Part shown: positions 11,561 to 24,672 of the stretch, piece by piece
Layout: each line of letters opens with the position of its first letter
Numbering within the stretch: position 1 is the stretch's first letter
From: the human T2T-CHM13v2.0 reference genome, Homo sapiens
DNA length: 64,000 nucleotides
Assembly (NCBI RefSeq): GCF_009914755.1
Contig: NC_060936.1
Direction: 5' to 3' (one strand)
The notes under the pieces: generated by a model
Told to the model about the DNA's origin: nothing
What the model saw: the letters and a program-made list of their open reading frames with translations, nothing else
Database searches by the model: none
Position numbers and translations under genes: made by a program

Positions 11561-12281
11561 TTTCCTACACACATTTCTTACTCTCTTATAAAAATGAGTA
11601 AAGTATACTTTTTCAGGAGGATTCAATATGAAATCACAAAGCTATATAAGGAAAAAATAACTTGAAAAAACTTCAAATTAACAGATATCTTCTTGGAAGC
11701 TAAATTGCTATTTACCATTGTAATACAGCTGACAAAAAATAAACCTTATGCTCTGTTGAATTAAATTAAATTAAACATAAAAAGGCTACAGAAAAATCAT
11801 TTATGATAAATTCAGGGAATATAGCTACTTGATTTTACACATTCAATAAATATTACCATGCCAAACTATGAAGACATTTTTGAATTATCTTTCAACTCAG
11901 CTCGTGCTAGGTTGTTTCCATAGCAATAGTGAGTGAACAGTTAAAAGCCACTTTATCATTTCTGTAGCTTGCGGTGGTCACCTTGTGTTCATTTTAATTT
12001 TTTTTTAAAAAATGCCTCTATGCATCGAAAATTAATTTGACAATACTTATATTTCCTTTTCACCCTAGTGTAAAACATAACAGGGCAATATTGGATTGGC
12101 TTCCTTTATTGAGTTTCAGGATGTTTACTTTTATCCCCTCTGACATTCTGGTGCATCAAAATATTTAACATGTAATTAATATCATAATATCTTTTAACAT
12201 TGATATTTTTAAAAATTTTATATCAAAACGTGAAGGACCAATTCTTGAAGACATTCTCAACCTCACATACTGCTCTCCTTA

Positions 12282-12783
12282 TGTGTATCAGTTAGAATCC
12301 TGGCAGGAAACAGATGGCACACTCAAGCTGGCTAATTAAAGAGTATAACAAAGGGACCATTTATAAAGATATGCCTAGAAATAGAGAAAACAAGATTGAA
12401 CAGTTACCTCCCAAGGACAGAATAGCCAGAGCTGTTAATATCCCTAAGCCAGAAGATGCAAACAGTAGAAGTTATCAGAACCTGGTGAGGCAGTGAGACA
12501 GAGAGGAGTACCTTTCAAGAGATATAACCTTCAGTAAGGTGACACACCAAATCATGGCGGTGGCCAGGCAGGAAGGGAGCCAGCGGAATAAATATCCAAA
12601 CTTGACCTCTTCCTAATATGCCAGCTGTGTTTCCTGCTGCAGTATAATTGAAACCAGACAAGAATCAAGAGGAAAAGGAACCCACTATTAGGGTCTGTAT
12701 AGGTCAGCCACCCCAGGATGCACAGCAGGGTAGAAAGGGTGAAATTGAGGATCTAGAGAGGAAGAACTAAGTTATCCATCACA
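12282..12783 (-). mobile_element. Old MaLR/ERVL-type LTR (MLT1-like) just downstream of the NELL2 poly(A) site
   Basis: tgtgtatcagttagaatcctggcaggaaacagatggcacactcaa... ending ccatcaca. Subfamily uncertain. Confidence 0.5.
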
Positions 12784-12949
12784 TCCCTTACTTAGGCATA
12801 TCATTTTCAATTTGGAAATTTGGAAATAGCAACTTTCAATTTAGAAATAACATAGCAGGAGTTTATCATCAGCAGAACTAGAATGCAATTTTTATAGAAT
12901 CATCTGTGGAAAAGAGGAACATATTAAACAAGATACTCAGACTCACATG

Positions 12950-13607
12950 TGTTATAAGGTAAGAGAAATATTTATTTAATTTTGCACAAGAACGAGCTTA
13001 TACTGAACAAATTCAACCAAATAATATTAAGTGCAGTAAAACAAGGAAATAGGGATGACTTTTCCTGTTAGAAAATATTAAGTAACCATGCCTGTGCATT
13101 ATTTTTATCATTACAATAACTTGTTTCAGATTTCTTTTCAGAGTGTACTGTACATAACATGTTATAGCTTCTTTGCTTTACTTCTGAAAATATAATTCAT
13201 TCACTGCCTGACATTTTATTTCTTGCAGTGAGGAACCTAACTGATTCTTGAAGATTCTGATCTAGAGGAAAATTTTCTGCACCAGTGAAGCTAGAGGCTT
13301 TCACAGATCCAATGGGCTCAGGCTTTCTATCCAGGGTTCAGGATGTCACGGTATATACTGTACGCCCATTCTTCTACATGGTGATGTGAGACACAGTAGA
13401 GGCAGACTTGAGGTCTAATTTTGCCCCAGTAATTTTCCTTTTGTGATTTTGTCAAGCTCCACAAATTTCATAATTGAAAGTTCACTCAGCTATTAACAAA
13501 GCTGCATTTAGCTGCCCACAAATCACCCAATTTAAGTTTTAACTTCTTTTTGGTCTTTTAATGAAAGAACATTCTTTTAACAGAAATCTCCCATGAGACA
13601 GTTAACT
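12950..13607 (-). other. NELL2: NELL2 3' UTR (~650 nt)
   Basis: Repeat-free AT-rich sequence between the TGA stop (13608-13610) and the poly(A) signal. The exact 3' end is inferred. Confidence 0.8.
12971..12980 (-). terminator. NELL2: NELL2 polyadenylation signal (overlapping ATTAAA/AATAAA); cleavage expected near 12950
   Basis: Plus tttatttaat reads ATTAAATAAA on the minus strand. It is followed ~20 nt later by a CA and a GU/U-rich tract (tgtgagtctgagtatcttgttt). Confidence 0.75.
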
Positions 13608-13658
13608 TCACAGTTCCTGAAGGCACTGTGGATCCACTGAGCAACAGATGTGGCCATT
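13608..13658 (-). CDS. NELL2: NELL2 terminal coding exon: NGHICCSVDPQCLQEL* (end of last vWC domain)
   Basis: Acceptor tttaaatctAG at 13660-13659, then 17 codons ending TGA at 13610-13608. Matches the known NELL2 C-terminus and is in frame with the previous exon (phase 0). Too short for the ORF track. Confidence 0.96.
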   Translation of the reverse strand, partial: NGHICCSVDPQCLQEL

Positions 13659-13899
13659 CTAGATTTAAAAAAAGTAGAAAGAAAAACAGTATGAATTTTT
13701 AAGCCATTAGTAAATGATCACATTTATTGATTGGTACTTACAAACAAAACTGTATAATTTATTTCTGCATTCCTAAAAATTCAATGGCCCAATCACTTTT
13801 CATGACTCTACTATTGCAGACTCAATTATTATGCCCATTGTATTTGTGGGAAGTCATAAACTGGCTTTATTTACTCATTGGCATCCTCTGTATCACATT

Positions 13900-14710
13900 T
13901 GTTCTTTCATTTATTTGCAAAATATGTACTAAGTCTATGTAAGCACTAAGTATATTAATAAATAAAGCAGACATGGTCACTAACCTCACAGAGCAGGGTT
14001 TGCAGTTTATCTAGGGAGAAAACTAGTAAGTACCATGCAAACATATAATCAAAAATTGTGAAAAGTGCTAGAAAGGTGCTATGAACTAAATGTTTGCATC
14101 CTCTTAAAACCCACATGTTGAAATCCTAATCCCCAGTGTGATGGTATTAGGAGGTAAAGCCTTTGAGAGGTAATTAGTGAATGAGGGTAGAGCACTCATG
14201 AATGGGATCAGTGCCCTTACAAAAAGATGAGAACACATGCGTCCTCTCTCTCTATCTACCATGTGATACAATGAGAAATGGCCATCTGCAAACAGGAAGT
14301 GTGTCCTTGGAGATACCAGATCTGCCAGGGTCTGGATCTTGGAATGTGAGAAATGAATTTCTCAGCCTCCAAAATTGTGGGGAATGAATTGTCGTTGTTT
14401 AAGCCACCCAGTCTATGGTATTCTGTTACAGCAGCCTGAACTGACTAAGACAAAAGGAAATACACTAGGTGGTTGTGTGAGATTAATAAAAGACTAGCTA
14501 CTTAGTCAATGTCCAGGGTAGACTGTTCTGTGAGGTGATATTTAAACCGAGACCTGGAGACTGCATGAAAAGGTGGCCAAACGCACAGAGGAGAGTTTTG
14601 TGTAGTTAAGAAACTGAAAAAAAGCTTTGGGTAAGAATTTTCAGTTAGGGAAGAAAACTGTGGTGATGAAATAGGATAAATAGGCAGGGAAGGGCCAGAT
14701 ATGCATAATT
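13900..14710 (-). mobile_element. L2 fragment (hosts MLT1A)
   Basis: ttcatttatttgcaaaatatgtactaagtctatgtaagcact...aaataaagcagacatggtc is the L2 tail in reverse. Confidence 0.55.
14077..14452 (+). mobile_element. MLT1A-type MaLR solo LTR
   Basis: TG...CA termini (tgctatgaactaaatgtttg ... gcagcctgaactgactaagaca) with a perfect 5-bp TSD AAAGG at 14072-14076 and 14453-14457. Confidence 0.88.
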
Positions 14711-14849
14711 AGTTTTTGATATAAGGTATCAAAACAATATAGTGTTGTACAAAGAAGAAAAACCTTCTATCCTATTCTTTTGATTCCCTGCACTCTTACT
14801 TTTCTCAACCAGCTAACTCATAGATAATGTTAATATCGTTTTTAAAACC

Positions 14850-15100
14850 GTGATGATGATAATATCCCTCCATTCCTTAAGTGTGTACTCTGTGTCAGAC
14901 ACTTTGCCAGGCATTTAAAATACATTATCTAATTTCAACCGCACAGCATTCCCAGTTGGATTCCTATTAATAGTCACACGTTTTAGATTCAGAAACTGAA
15001 GATCAGAAAGCTTAAATATCATGTCCAAAATCACACAGCTAGTAAATGGTAGAGCTAGGATTAAAACTCAGGCTAGCCTGACTCTAAAATACATCCTCCA
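14850..15100 (-). mobile_element. MIR SINE
   Basis: tgtgtcagacactttgccagg...ttttagattcagaaactgaagatcagaaag...cacacagctagtaaatggtagagctaggatt. Confidence 0.75.
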
Positions 15101-16463
15101 TTATATAGTTTCTCTCAGAAAATTGGCTTTTGATGATTGAAATGCATTATACTTTAATATGATAAAAACTGAAAGTGTCTTTGTTTCTATAAAAGGAAAC
15201 CTGAAAAGATTTTGATAGTCTAGCCTTTGCTAAAGCACACTGATGAGGAAAAAGCCAGTATATATCCAAGAAGAATATTATCAGTTTAACTTATTTGCAT
15301 CTTTTCTAACTTATTATTAAGCTGAGTTCATATTCTGGCAGTGACAGACTCAACCATTTCTTAGACCCCTAGTGGCATTTTAAAGTTTTGTCATCATATC
15401 TCCAGCCCCTAACATATTCCTAGAGACAGAACTGTTCGATTGAGACTTGTAGAACTCAGCTGTGCCCTAGAATCTCCAAGATGCCCCAGGCTGGAACCAT
15501 CTTTGCCTCTCCTGTCTGACAAAGGCCACTCTGAGGTGCCGGCTCAGAGGCACAGGTTTTCTGACCATAACCAGGTCACACAATCTTTCTTAATTCATTG
15601 GCCCAACAAAGTGATGGGTGTACCAGTTCCTGGGAATATCAGCTCCTCAAATTATATGGCTTTGGAGCAGAAATATAATTAGGGAATTTCTGGAGCTTTC
15701 CATCACTGAGTATGTGCAATTAGCATTAGAACCCTATGGGGAAGAAACCATTAATATTGCACCCATAAGTATGTCTTAGGAAGGGTTTCTTTGTTTTCTA
15801 AAATCTTCCAGGAGTGTGTTGCTTATTCCATATTGGATATGTTCTGCTATAACAGGATTCTACAAACCATATCAATGGCAGCTCCTTAATTAGGGAAGCA
15901 TGGACAACTAATAAAGCATCCTACTTGGGTTCCAGTTTTACTGATAGCATAGTTTCTTATATAAGACTAACCCTCCTATAGATAACAACTATAAAGTCTG
16001 AACAAAATACAAAAATAACAATTGAAAGCAATAGAGAGTGTCAGGCAGACACTACAGCAGTTTCAATCTTTGAAAGAAGGAAAATGTACTGTGTGAGTGT
16101 TGTTTTCACTTGGTATTCCCCCTTAGGGCACTCCCCAGTCTGTGCAGCTTGAGATAACTATAAGGAAAGCAGAAAGCCACAATCTCACTGAGGTGTCAGA
16201 GGACAGCTTGGGAGTTGTCAGAGTGGCTGGAAATTGAGGGGGAAATATCTATAAAAGAAGAAGTGAATCAGTAAACAAACTCCTTTTAAATCCTTGGCTG
16301 ATCTTTGAGTTGCAGAAGAGATTCTAAAGAGCAAATCAAGAGAGCCACAGTTTGAAGGTTGAAAGATATGAGAAGAGCTTTCAGATGCTGCTCACTGAAG
16401 CAGTGCGTCAGATCTGTGTCCTTCTAAGATATAAAGGATTGATAAACAGTTTAAGTTTTCCTT

Positions 16464-17785
16464 AGACTTCTATCTCTCACCACCTATAAAAAATCAACTA
16501 AAAATGGATTAAAGATTTACATGTAGTATTAATACCTGCAACTATAAAACTACTAGAAGAAAACATAAGACAAATGCTTCAGGACACAGGTCTAGGCAAA
16601 TATTTTATGAGTGAGACCACAAAAGCACAGGCAACAAAAACAAAAATAGATAAATGAGACTATATCAAACTAAAAAGCTTCTGCACAGCAAAGAAAAAAA
16701 TCAACAGAATGAAGAGACAACTTGCAGAATGGAAGAAAATATTTGCAAACTATTCATCTGACAAGAGATTCATACCCAGAATGTACAGGGAACTCAAATA
16801 ACAGCAAAACACTGCAAGTAATCCAATTAAAAATGGGCAAAGGATTTGAACAGATATTGCTGAAAAGAAGTCATACAAATGACCAACACATATATTAAAA
16901 ATGCTCAACATCACTAATCATCAGGGAAACGCAGGTCAAAACCACAATGAGCTATCATCTCACTCCAGTTAGAACAGCTTTTATTAAAAAGGAACAAATT
17001 ACAAATGCTGGTGAGGATGCAGAGAAACAGGAACCCTTGTGCACTGTTGGTGGGACTGTAAATTAGTAGAGCCATTATAAAAAACAGTATGAAAGTTTCT
17101 CAAAAAACTAAAATAGATCTAACATATGATCCAGCAATCTCACTACTGGGTTTTTACTGAAAGGAAAAAAAAAATCAGTATATTGAAGATATATCTGAAC
17201 CCCCATGCAGTATTTTTCACAATCACCAAGATATGTAATCAACCTAAATGTCTATCAACAGATGAATGAACAAAGAAAATGTGGCATATATCCACAATGG
17301 AATACCATCCAGACATAAGAAGAATGAAATCTTGTCATTTTCAACAACATGGATGAGACTTGGAGGACATTATGTGAAATAAGCCAGGTGCAGAAAGATA
17401 CATACTACATGTTCTCTCTTATATGTTGGAGCTAAAAAATTCATCTTATAGAAGAAGAATTATGGTGATCAGAAGCTAGGAGGAGTATAGGGGAGAGGAG
17501 GATAGGAAGATGTTGGTTAAAGTATACAAAATTACACAGCTAGATAGGAGGAATAAGTTCTAGTGTTCTATAACACTGTAGGATAAATATAATTAATAAT
17601 AATTTATTGTATATGTTCAGAAATCTAGAAGAAAGGATTTTGAATGTTCCCACCACAAAGTAATAAATGCTTGAGGTAAAAAATACCCTAATTACCCTGA
17701 TCATTGCATACTGTACATATGTATCAACACTCTGTACCCCCATAAATATGTGCAACCACTATGTGTCAACCAAACATAAAAGGAA
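16464..17785 (+). mobile_element. L1MA-type 5'-truncated LINE-1 (ORF2 3' end plus 3' UTR)
   Basis: aaatggattaaagattta...actactagaagaaaacata...aaactaaaaagcttctgcacagcaaag...gataggaggaataagttctagtgttctata...cccataaatatgtgcaac. Confidence 0.85.
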
Positions 17786-19024
17786 AAACCAAATAATCCA
17801 AGCTTTCCATTGAAGGCCTAAAAGGGCCATGATTAGGTGTAAAACAATACCTACAGATTAAGAGATTCATGCTAAAACTAAAGGTAAATTTGAAACAGAC
17901 CCCCCCTAACTGGTGTAAAGCCAACCTCTAATAAGTGCTAGGTTATTGGCTAATAATTTACAACCTGCTAGAACAAAAACAGTCTTCACAAGAAGCCAAT
18001 GGAACCTATGATCTATAAAACATATCATCCATCATATCCAATATATTATAAAAATTAATAGACGTGAAGAAAAACAGGAAAATGTGGCTCCTAATGAAGA
18101 GAAAAAGCAGTGAATGGAAAATGACTCGAAGATGATCCAGATGTTGTAATTAGCAAAGACTGGAAAGTATCTATCATAAATATGCTCAAAAATGTTAAAA
18201 GATACAGTCATAATGAATGAATAAATGGTAAAACTTGGCAGAGAAATTAAACTACTAAAAATTAAGTGGAAATTCTGGAACTGAAAAATGCAATATCTGA
18301 AATGAAAAGATTCACTGGATGAACCTAATAGCAGATTAGAGATGGCAGAAGAAAAAGCCAGTAAATTTGAAGACAAAGCAATAGAAATTATCCAATCCAT
18401 AAAACAAAGACAAAAATATTGAAATAAAAATAGAACTTTAGTGACCTTTAGGATAATTAAACCATCTAAGCGAATGTTTAATTGGAGTCTCAGAAAACTA
18501 TGAGAGAAAAAAATGTGGCAGACAAAATATGTGAAAAAACGATGGCTCAACTTTTCTCAAGTTTGGTGAAATGACATCAACTTAGATATCCAAAAAGCCC
18601 AGCAAACACCAAAGAAAATAAAGACCAAAAAAAAAAAAAATTAGACCTAAGTGCATCATAGTCAAACTACTAAAAACAAAGATAGAGAATCATGAAAGGA
18701 AAAAGTAGGGGAAAAAAGAAATACTGCATACAAGGGAATAAAAAAACAAATGATCACTGTATCAGAAACAATGGAAACTAGAAAATAATAGAATATCACC
18801 TTTAAAGTTCTGGAAACAAATCTGTCAATCCTGAATTCTATGTCCAGTGAAAATATTCTTCAAATATAAAGACACTTTCAGATAAATAAGAGTTGAAAGA
18901 ACTTGTTACTAGCACACCTGCAATAAGGAAAATGCTAAGGAGTGTTATTCAAGCTGAAGGGAATGTAACCAGATGGAGACTCCAATATGTAAGAAGAAAT
19001 GAAGAGTACCAGAAATGGTAAATA

Positions 19025-19383
19025 CGGTAGTCTTTCCTTATCTGCAGTTTATCTTTCCACAGTTTCAGTTACCTGTGGTCAACCATGGCCCAAACAAGTG
19101 AGTAAAATGTATGATAAAACATTTTGACAGAGAGAGATAGAGAGAGAGACAGAGATCACATTCACATAATTTTTATTACAGTATATTATTATAATTATAT
19201 TTTATTATTAGTTATTGTTGTCAATCTCTTACTGTGCCAACTTATAAATTAAATTTTATTGTAGGTATGTATAGAAAAAACATAGTATATATAGTGTTTA
19301 ATAAGGTTCAGTATATTGTGGTTTCAGGCATCCACTTGGAGTCTTGGAACGTATATCCCTTGTGGAAAAAGGAGCTATTACTA
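19025..19383 (+). mobile_element. MER44A (TcMar-Tigger) DNA transposon
   Basis: TA-flanked c(g)gtagtc...ccttatc...gtttcagttacc...cacattcacataa...ggtttcaggcatccac...ttggaacg with degenerate terminal inverted repeats. Confidence 0.8.
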
Positions 19384-20667
19384 TATGTGAATAAATATAA
19401 AATATACCATTTTTCTTTTCTTAATTTCTTCAAAAGACATAAAACTTATTAAAGCAAAAATAATAACATGGAACTGTAGGATTTATAGTGAACAGAGTTG
19501 TAAAATATATTACTGTTTTAGCACAAAAGCTATGGGGATAAAATCATAATGTTGCAAAGTTCTTATATTTTATATGAGTAGTATAATACTATACCTAATT
19601 ATAATATAATAAGTTAATGATATATATTATAATCCGTAGGACAACAAATACAATAATAATATGAAAAGTTATAGTTTAAAATCCAATAGAACAATTTAGA
19701 TAAAATAAAAATGTTATTAAAGAAAAAGAAGGCAGGAATGGATAAACAGGTGTATAAAATATAGATAGGACAAATAGAAAACAAATGACAAAATGGTAGT
19801 CCTAAATCCATCAGTGTCACAAATTACATTAAATGTAAATAAACAAAACACTTTAATAAAAGACAGATTTTCACACTAGGTGAAAAATAAGAACAATACA
19901 TTTTCTATTAAAAATGCACTTTAAATATAAAACCGTTGACAGATTGGAAGTAGATGAACAAAACAATATACTATGTGGCTAAATAAATATTAGACAAAAT
20001 TAATTTCAAGTCAAGAAGCCTTGCTAGAGATAAGGAGGGACATTACATAACAACAAAATGGTCAATTCAACAGAAGATATAAATGAGTACAAGCTGTGTA
20101 ATTCAATTCATATGAAATTTTATAACAGGCAAAATGAATTTATTACAAAGAAATAAAATTAAGGTTGTCTACTGAAAGTAGGTGTTACCTGAAAGGGGAT
20201 CCAAAGGTACTCTCTGGAGTGTTGGATATATTCTGTATTTTGATTTATCAAACTCATCAAACTATATACTTAACTGTGAATTTCACTATAATAAATATTA
20301 ACTTGATAAAAATGAAAATAAAAGTGACTCACTGAAACTCAGTCTGACTACTAGGAATAATAAGCACCTACTATCAAAACTCATTATAAAAAGTAATTAT
20401 TTTTATATAGTGACACAGTAAAATAAGTTTCCTTAAGACCCTGCTATTTTTGGCTATATTTATTGTTAAAGAAGTCCTTGCCACTCTTCATGCTAACCTT
20501 TGAAAATCAAGATTAGAAGACAGTCAACTTTTAATTTTCAGCTACACTTATATTTTTTAATCCTATTACTATTGATATTTCAATATGTTTTAATAGAGTC
20601 CATTTCCTTTATTTTCAAGATTTTTGTAGTTAAATAAAGTGAATATGTAATTATACATAATATTTTT

Positions 20668-20746
20668 TGTTTGTTTTCATTATTATCATGACCAGTACTT
20701 TTTTTTATTATACTTTAAGTTTTAGGGTACATGTGCACAACGTGCA
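20668..20746 (-). mobile_element. ~48-nt L1PA 3'-terminal stub plus short 3'-transduced tag, flanked by a 12-bp TSD
   Basis: ttttttttattatactttaagttttagggtacatgtgcacaacgtgca (20699-20746) is the L1PA end in reverse. TSD cataatattttt at 20656-20667 and 20745-20756. Confidence 0.8.
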
Positions 20747-21346
20747 TAATATTTTTATCTTAATTTTTATTATAAGCATTGTGATTACTTCAACAGCTGA
20801 ATAATAATATATGATCTTCTAATATGTAATTAGAATATATTATATAAGTATAACACATCATATAATTGCATTGTATACAAAGTTACTATAACTTATTTAA
20901 CTGTTCTATTGTTGGATATTTTCGTTTCTTCCTTAATTCTGTATGACAATGTTGAGATGGATATTGGCATGTATATAGCTTGTTTTATACTTTGATTATT
21001 TCTTTAGGTTAGATTCTCAGACCTGGGATTAAAGAGAACAATATATTTGTGTGTGTATATGGGGGTGCGGATAGTATGTGTTGCATTGTGTATTTTTTAA
21101 TGATATTAACAGTGCACAAAAATAATAATTCCAGTATATCTCTGTCAGCATTAGAAATTATTAGGAGAAACTTTTTTACTATAGTATGTGAAAATAATTA
21201 TTTATAATTTTAGTTTACAATTAAGGTTCAATTATTTAAAGGCTCAATGATTTCCTCTTTTATTTTAGTAGGTGTACTTTTTTAGTGAGTTGTTTATTTA
21301 TCCTTTGCAGATTTATTTATGGGGGAAATAATTGCTTTCCAAAAAA

Positions 21347-21485
21347 GTTTTAGAGGCAAGGTCTTACTTTGTCACCCAAGGTGGAGTGCAGTGGCATGAT
21401 CATGGCTGACTGCAGCCTTGAACGCCTAGGCTCAAGTGGGCCTTCTGAGCAGTTGGGATTATAGGTATGAGCCTCTGCACCCAGC
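21347..21485 (-). mobile_element. Old Alu monomer (FRAM/AluJ-like)
   Basis: gtcttactttgtcacccaaggtggagtgcagtggcatgatcatggct...gggattataggtatgagc. Confidence 0.75.
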
Positions 21486-22042
21486 AGTAAGTGCTTTTCT
21501 TATTAATGTTTATGTTTTTAATCTAACAAAGAAACCAAATCTGCTGAAGCTGTTTTTCTAGTATGTAGTTGTGACTTTTTTTTTTTTTTTGCTAATTTTA
21601 TGTATCTATAGAAGCACTAATCTTTTCTTTCAGGTATATTTTATCACTGATAAATTTTAAAAAGTATCTCCCTTCTAGAGTTTTGATAAATATTTAATTA
21701 TATTTTCTTTATTTTAATTTATTTTAATATTTAACACTTTTTCCATGTGGAATTTGTTTTGATATGTAACATAATTTTTATAACTGTGTGTTATTTCCCT
21801 CAAATTGTTATTTAGTCATTCCATTATTTGTGAAATAATGTTTTCTTCCTCCATTGATCTGCAAAGTCCTGATCATATATTAAAAGCTTTATTATAATAT
21901 TGCTTATTTATAGGTATTTTTTCCTTAGATCGAGTTATCTATTCTAATGTTAGAACAGAGGTCCACTGGCACAACTTCAAGTTTGTAGTTTTTGATAGAT
22001 AAAGGCAACATTTACAAATGTCTGGTACCTACCCACCAACTA

Positions 22043-22045
<3 letters not shown>

Positions 22046-22089
<44 letters not shown>
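22046..22089. repeat. (TC)n microsatellite
   Basis: About 22 TC units, within an MST LTR. Confidence 0.95.
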
Positions 22090-22092
<3 letters not shown>

Positions 22093-22246
22093 CCCACTCT
22101 TGCCATGTGAAATGCCTTCCCCGAAGCAGACCATGGTACTGTTTCCTATAGACCCTGCAGAACTGTAAGCCAATTAAACCCCTTTTCTTTGTAAATTACC
22201 CAAGCTCAAGTATTTCTTTATAGCAATGCAAGAATGGCCTTACACA
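22090..22246 (+). mobile_element. MST-family MaLR LTR 3' part
   Basis: cctgcagaactgtaagccaattaaacccc...taaattaccca...gtatttctttatagcaatgcaagaatggccttacaca. Confidence 0.75.
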
Positions 22247-22409
22247 GTGTGCTATCTAATATGACAGCCAGTAGCCACATGTGGCTATTGTGCAGTTGAA
22301 ATGTGGCTAGTGTAACTAATAAATTAAAATTTTCATATTATTTAATTTTAATTAATTAAAATTTAAATAGCCACATGTGGCTACTGACTAGCATATTGAA
22401 CAACAGAGT
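22247..22409 (+). mobile_element. MER3 (hAT-Charlie), partial
   Basis: agccagtagccacatgtggctattg...gaaatgtggctagtg...ttaaatagccacatgtggcta. Confidence 0.75.
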
Positions 22410-22861
22410 GCCAGATAATAAGCTGATAGAGAATAATTTCCAAGGGTGACTGTGTCTGGTTTTGCTTATCATTATACACCTGGTACCAGCACAATGCCCC
22501 ACACGGTGTGTATTTATCAATTAGAAACAAATAACTCAGAGGGGAGTAGAATGGAGACATAATAAATAAAATAGTGCTTTCAAAGCACTAAATTGTGAAG
22601 AATGCTTACCTCTAATGCAATACTTGAAGCTTGTTTTGCATAAACTTTATTTTCAAAATAACACAAAATAAATGTAATAAAAATGAGTACTTGAGATAAA
22701 TTTGACAAAACTGAGCATATTTTTATGACTCATATTTAATAACAAGAGATAAAGAAAATAGTATTTAATAGTAACTTCTATGAATCAGTACTTATCTGAC
22801 AGAAAGAAATGACTTTAATATCAAAATACACTTTCTGGAATATATTCCTATCAAAAGCTGA

Positions 22862-23212
<351 letters not shown>

Positions 23213-24672
23213 TCATTCAAATTCTTTACCCCAGAAAACAGTCTGAGTTGTTTTCCTGCCTATTACTGTATGCATTTTTCTTACTGGAAATATCCATCTG
23301 TGCTATATTTCATTTTTGTCCATCACTCAATATATATTTTTGTCACTATTGCTCAGAAGAATAATCTCACAGAAAGATTAAGGGTGTAAGAGGACTCAAC
23401 TCTATTTGGTAATTAAATGACAGAAAGTATTTCCCTGTTAGTCATTAGTGCTAAGTTTCAAGATATGCACTATTAAGTATACACATATTAAATGTATATT
23501 AAAGGAACATCGCATATACATTATTAGTAACTTTTAGTAATAGTAACTTTTAAATTTGCTAATGCATTTCATAAAACAGCAGTAAATGTTCACTCAAAAA
23601 GCTTTGCTTGATTGACAAATTGCATTGATTGAAAGAACTAGAAATTTGAGCTTGAAATAGATAAAAATGGCATCTCAAAGCTTAAAGCATTTTATATTTC
23701 TTTGTCCTGTTACTTCAATCTACTCTGGTAAGAATTTGTAGTAAGTGAATCTGAATTAAATTGCTCTGTAGGAAAAAAATTACAAAATGGAAATGCTCAC
23801 TTAAAAAAATCAGAGCAGTTACAGATATCTGGCTATGTTATGCTGAGAAAAATCTGACACGTCTGCTATTTAGTTGTTACTGTTAAGCCTTCAGGTTATT
23901 TATTTAGTTTTAGTGTTGATTACAAAATTATGACTATAAAGCATAATGGCCACAAAATTAAATTTTTGTAGAAATAATAATCAAATTAGAATGCTTCCAA
24001 CATTGTCACTAATCTACAAACTCTATATGCTCTGCCTATATTCATTGTATTTGTGCTCTCATTGAAGCAAAAGGCACAGAGCTCTATTTTCCAATGAGAA
24101 TAAGGAGAAAGAGCTTTGTAATGGTTTTTCTCCAACTGTATGAATAAAATATGGTAAAAAACAGATCTTAAATGTTTCAACTCAATGTAACTGACCACAA
24201 CAAACCAAGAAATATGCCCATCTTTGCCATATTGATTTCCACTTTGGAAAATGTAATAAATCTACTTCACTTATGTATCTTACGGACCTTGTAAAAGAAC
24301 CAGCTAAAAATCAATAAAACAATATTGTCTCCTATCATGAAAGAAGAAACATGAGGTTTGTTGTTTCAGCTTTTTTAAAAGATGTGTACGGTTAGATATC
24401 TAGGACAATTTAAGTAGCTTGTTTCTATGTTGGTGATATAAATAACGGATCATTCTGGTTTTAGTCCATGCACTATCCTTGAATATACATCAGATGGATG
24501 TCCATGACAGCCCTGGAACTAACAGCTGAGTGGCATTCCGCCCACCTATGTTTGAAAAATAAACAGGAAAAAAAAAAAAAACCTTCCTATTGTCCAGGTA
24601 GAGCACATTATTATCTATGAGCCCTGGGTGCAGCTGGCAAAGTGCTCACTATTTAAATTTAATGGAGTTTAC

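Larger units (their letters stand above)
15890..20320 (+). mobile_element. Ancient L1M element (5' region, degenerate ORF1, start of ORF2), interrupted by L1MA and MER44
   Basis: A-rich ORF1-like sequence at 18050-18960 (gaaattctggaactgaaaaatgcaatatctgaaatg...atagcagattagagatggcagaagaa), ORF2-start-like sequence at 19790-20070. No intact ORF. Confidence 0.65.

Noticed and set aside
13144-13156. GTACTGTA (miR-101/144 site) and TGTACATA (Pumilio element) in the 3' UTR region
   Set aside because: Both are on the plus strand, so they are not in the NELL2 mRNA.
13611-13622. C-terminal LQEL as a possible KDEL-like ER retention signal
   Set aside because: It does not fit the usual KDEL-type consensus, and NELL2 is an established secreted protein.
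18032-18550. 172-aa minus-strand ORF
   Set aside because: F/I/S-rich antisense reading of A-rich degenerate L1 ORF1; not a plausible gene.
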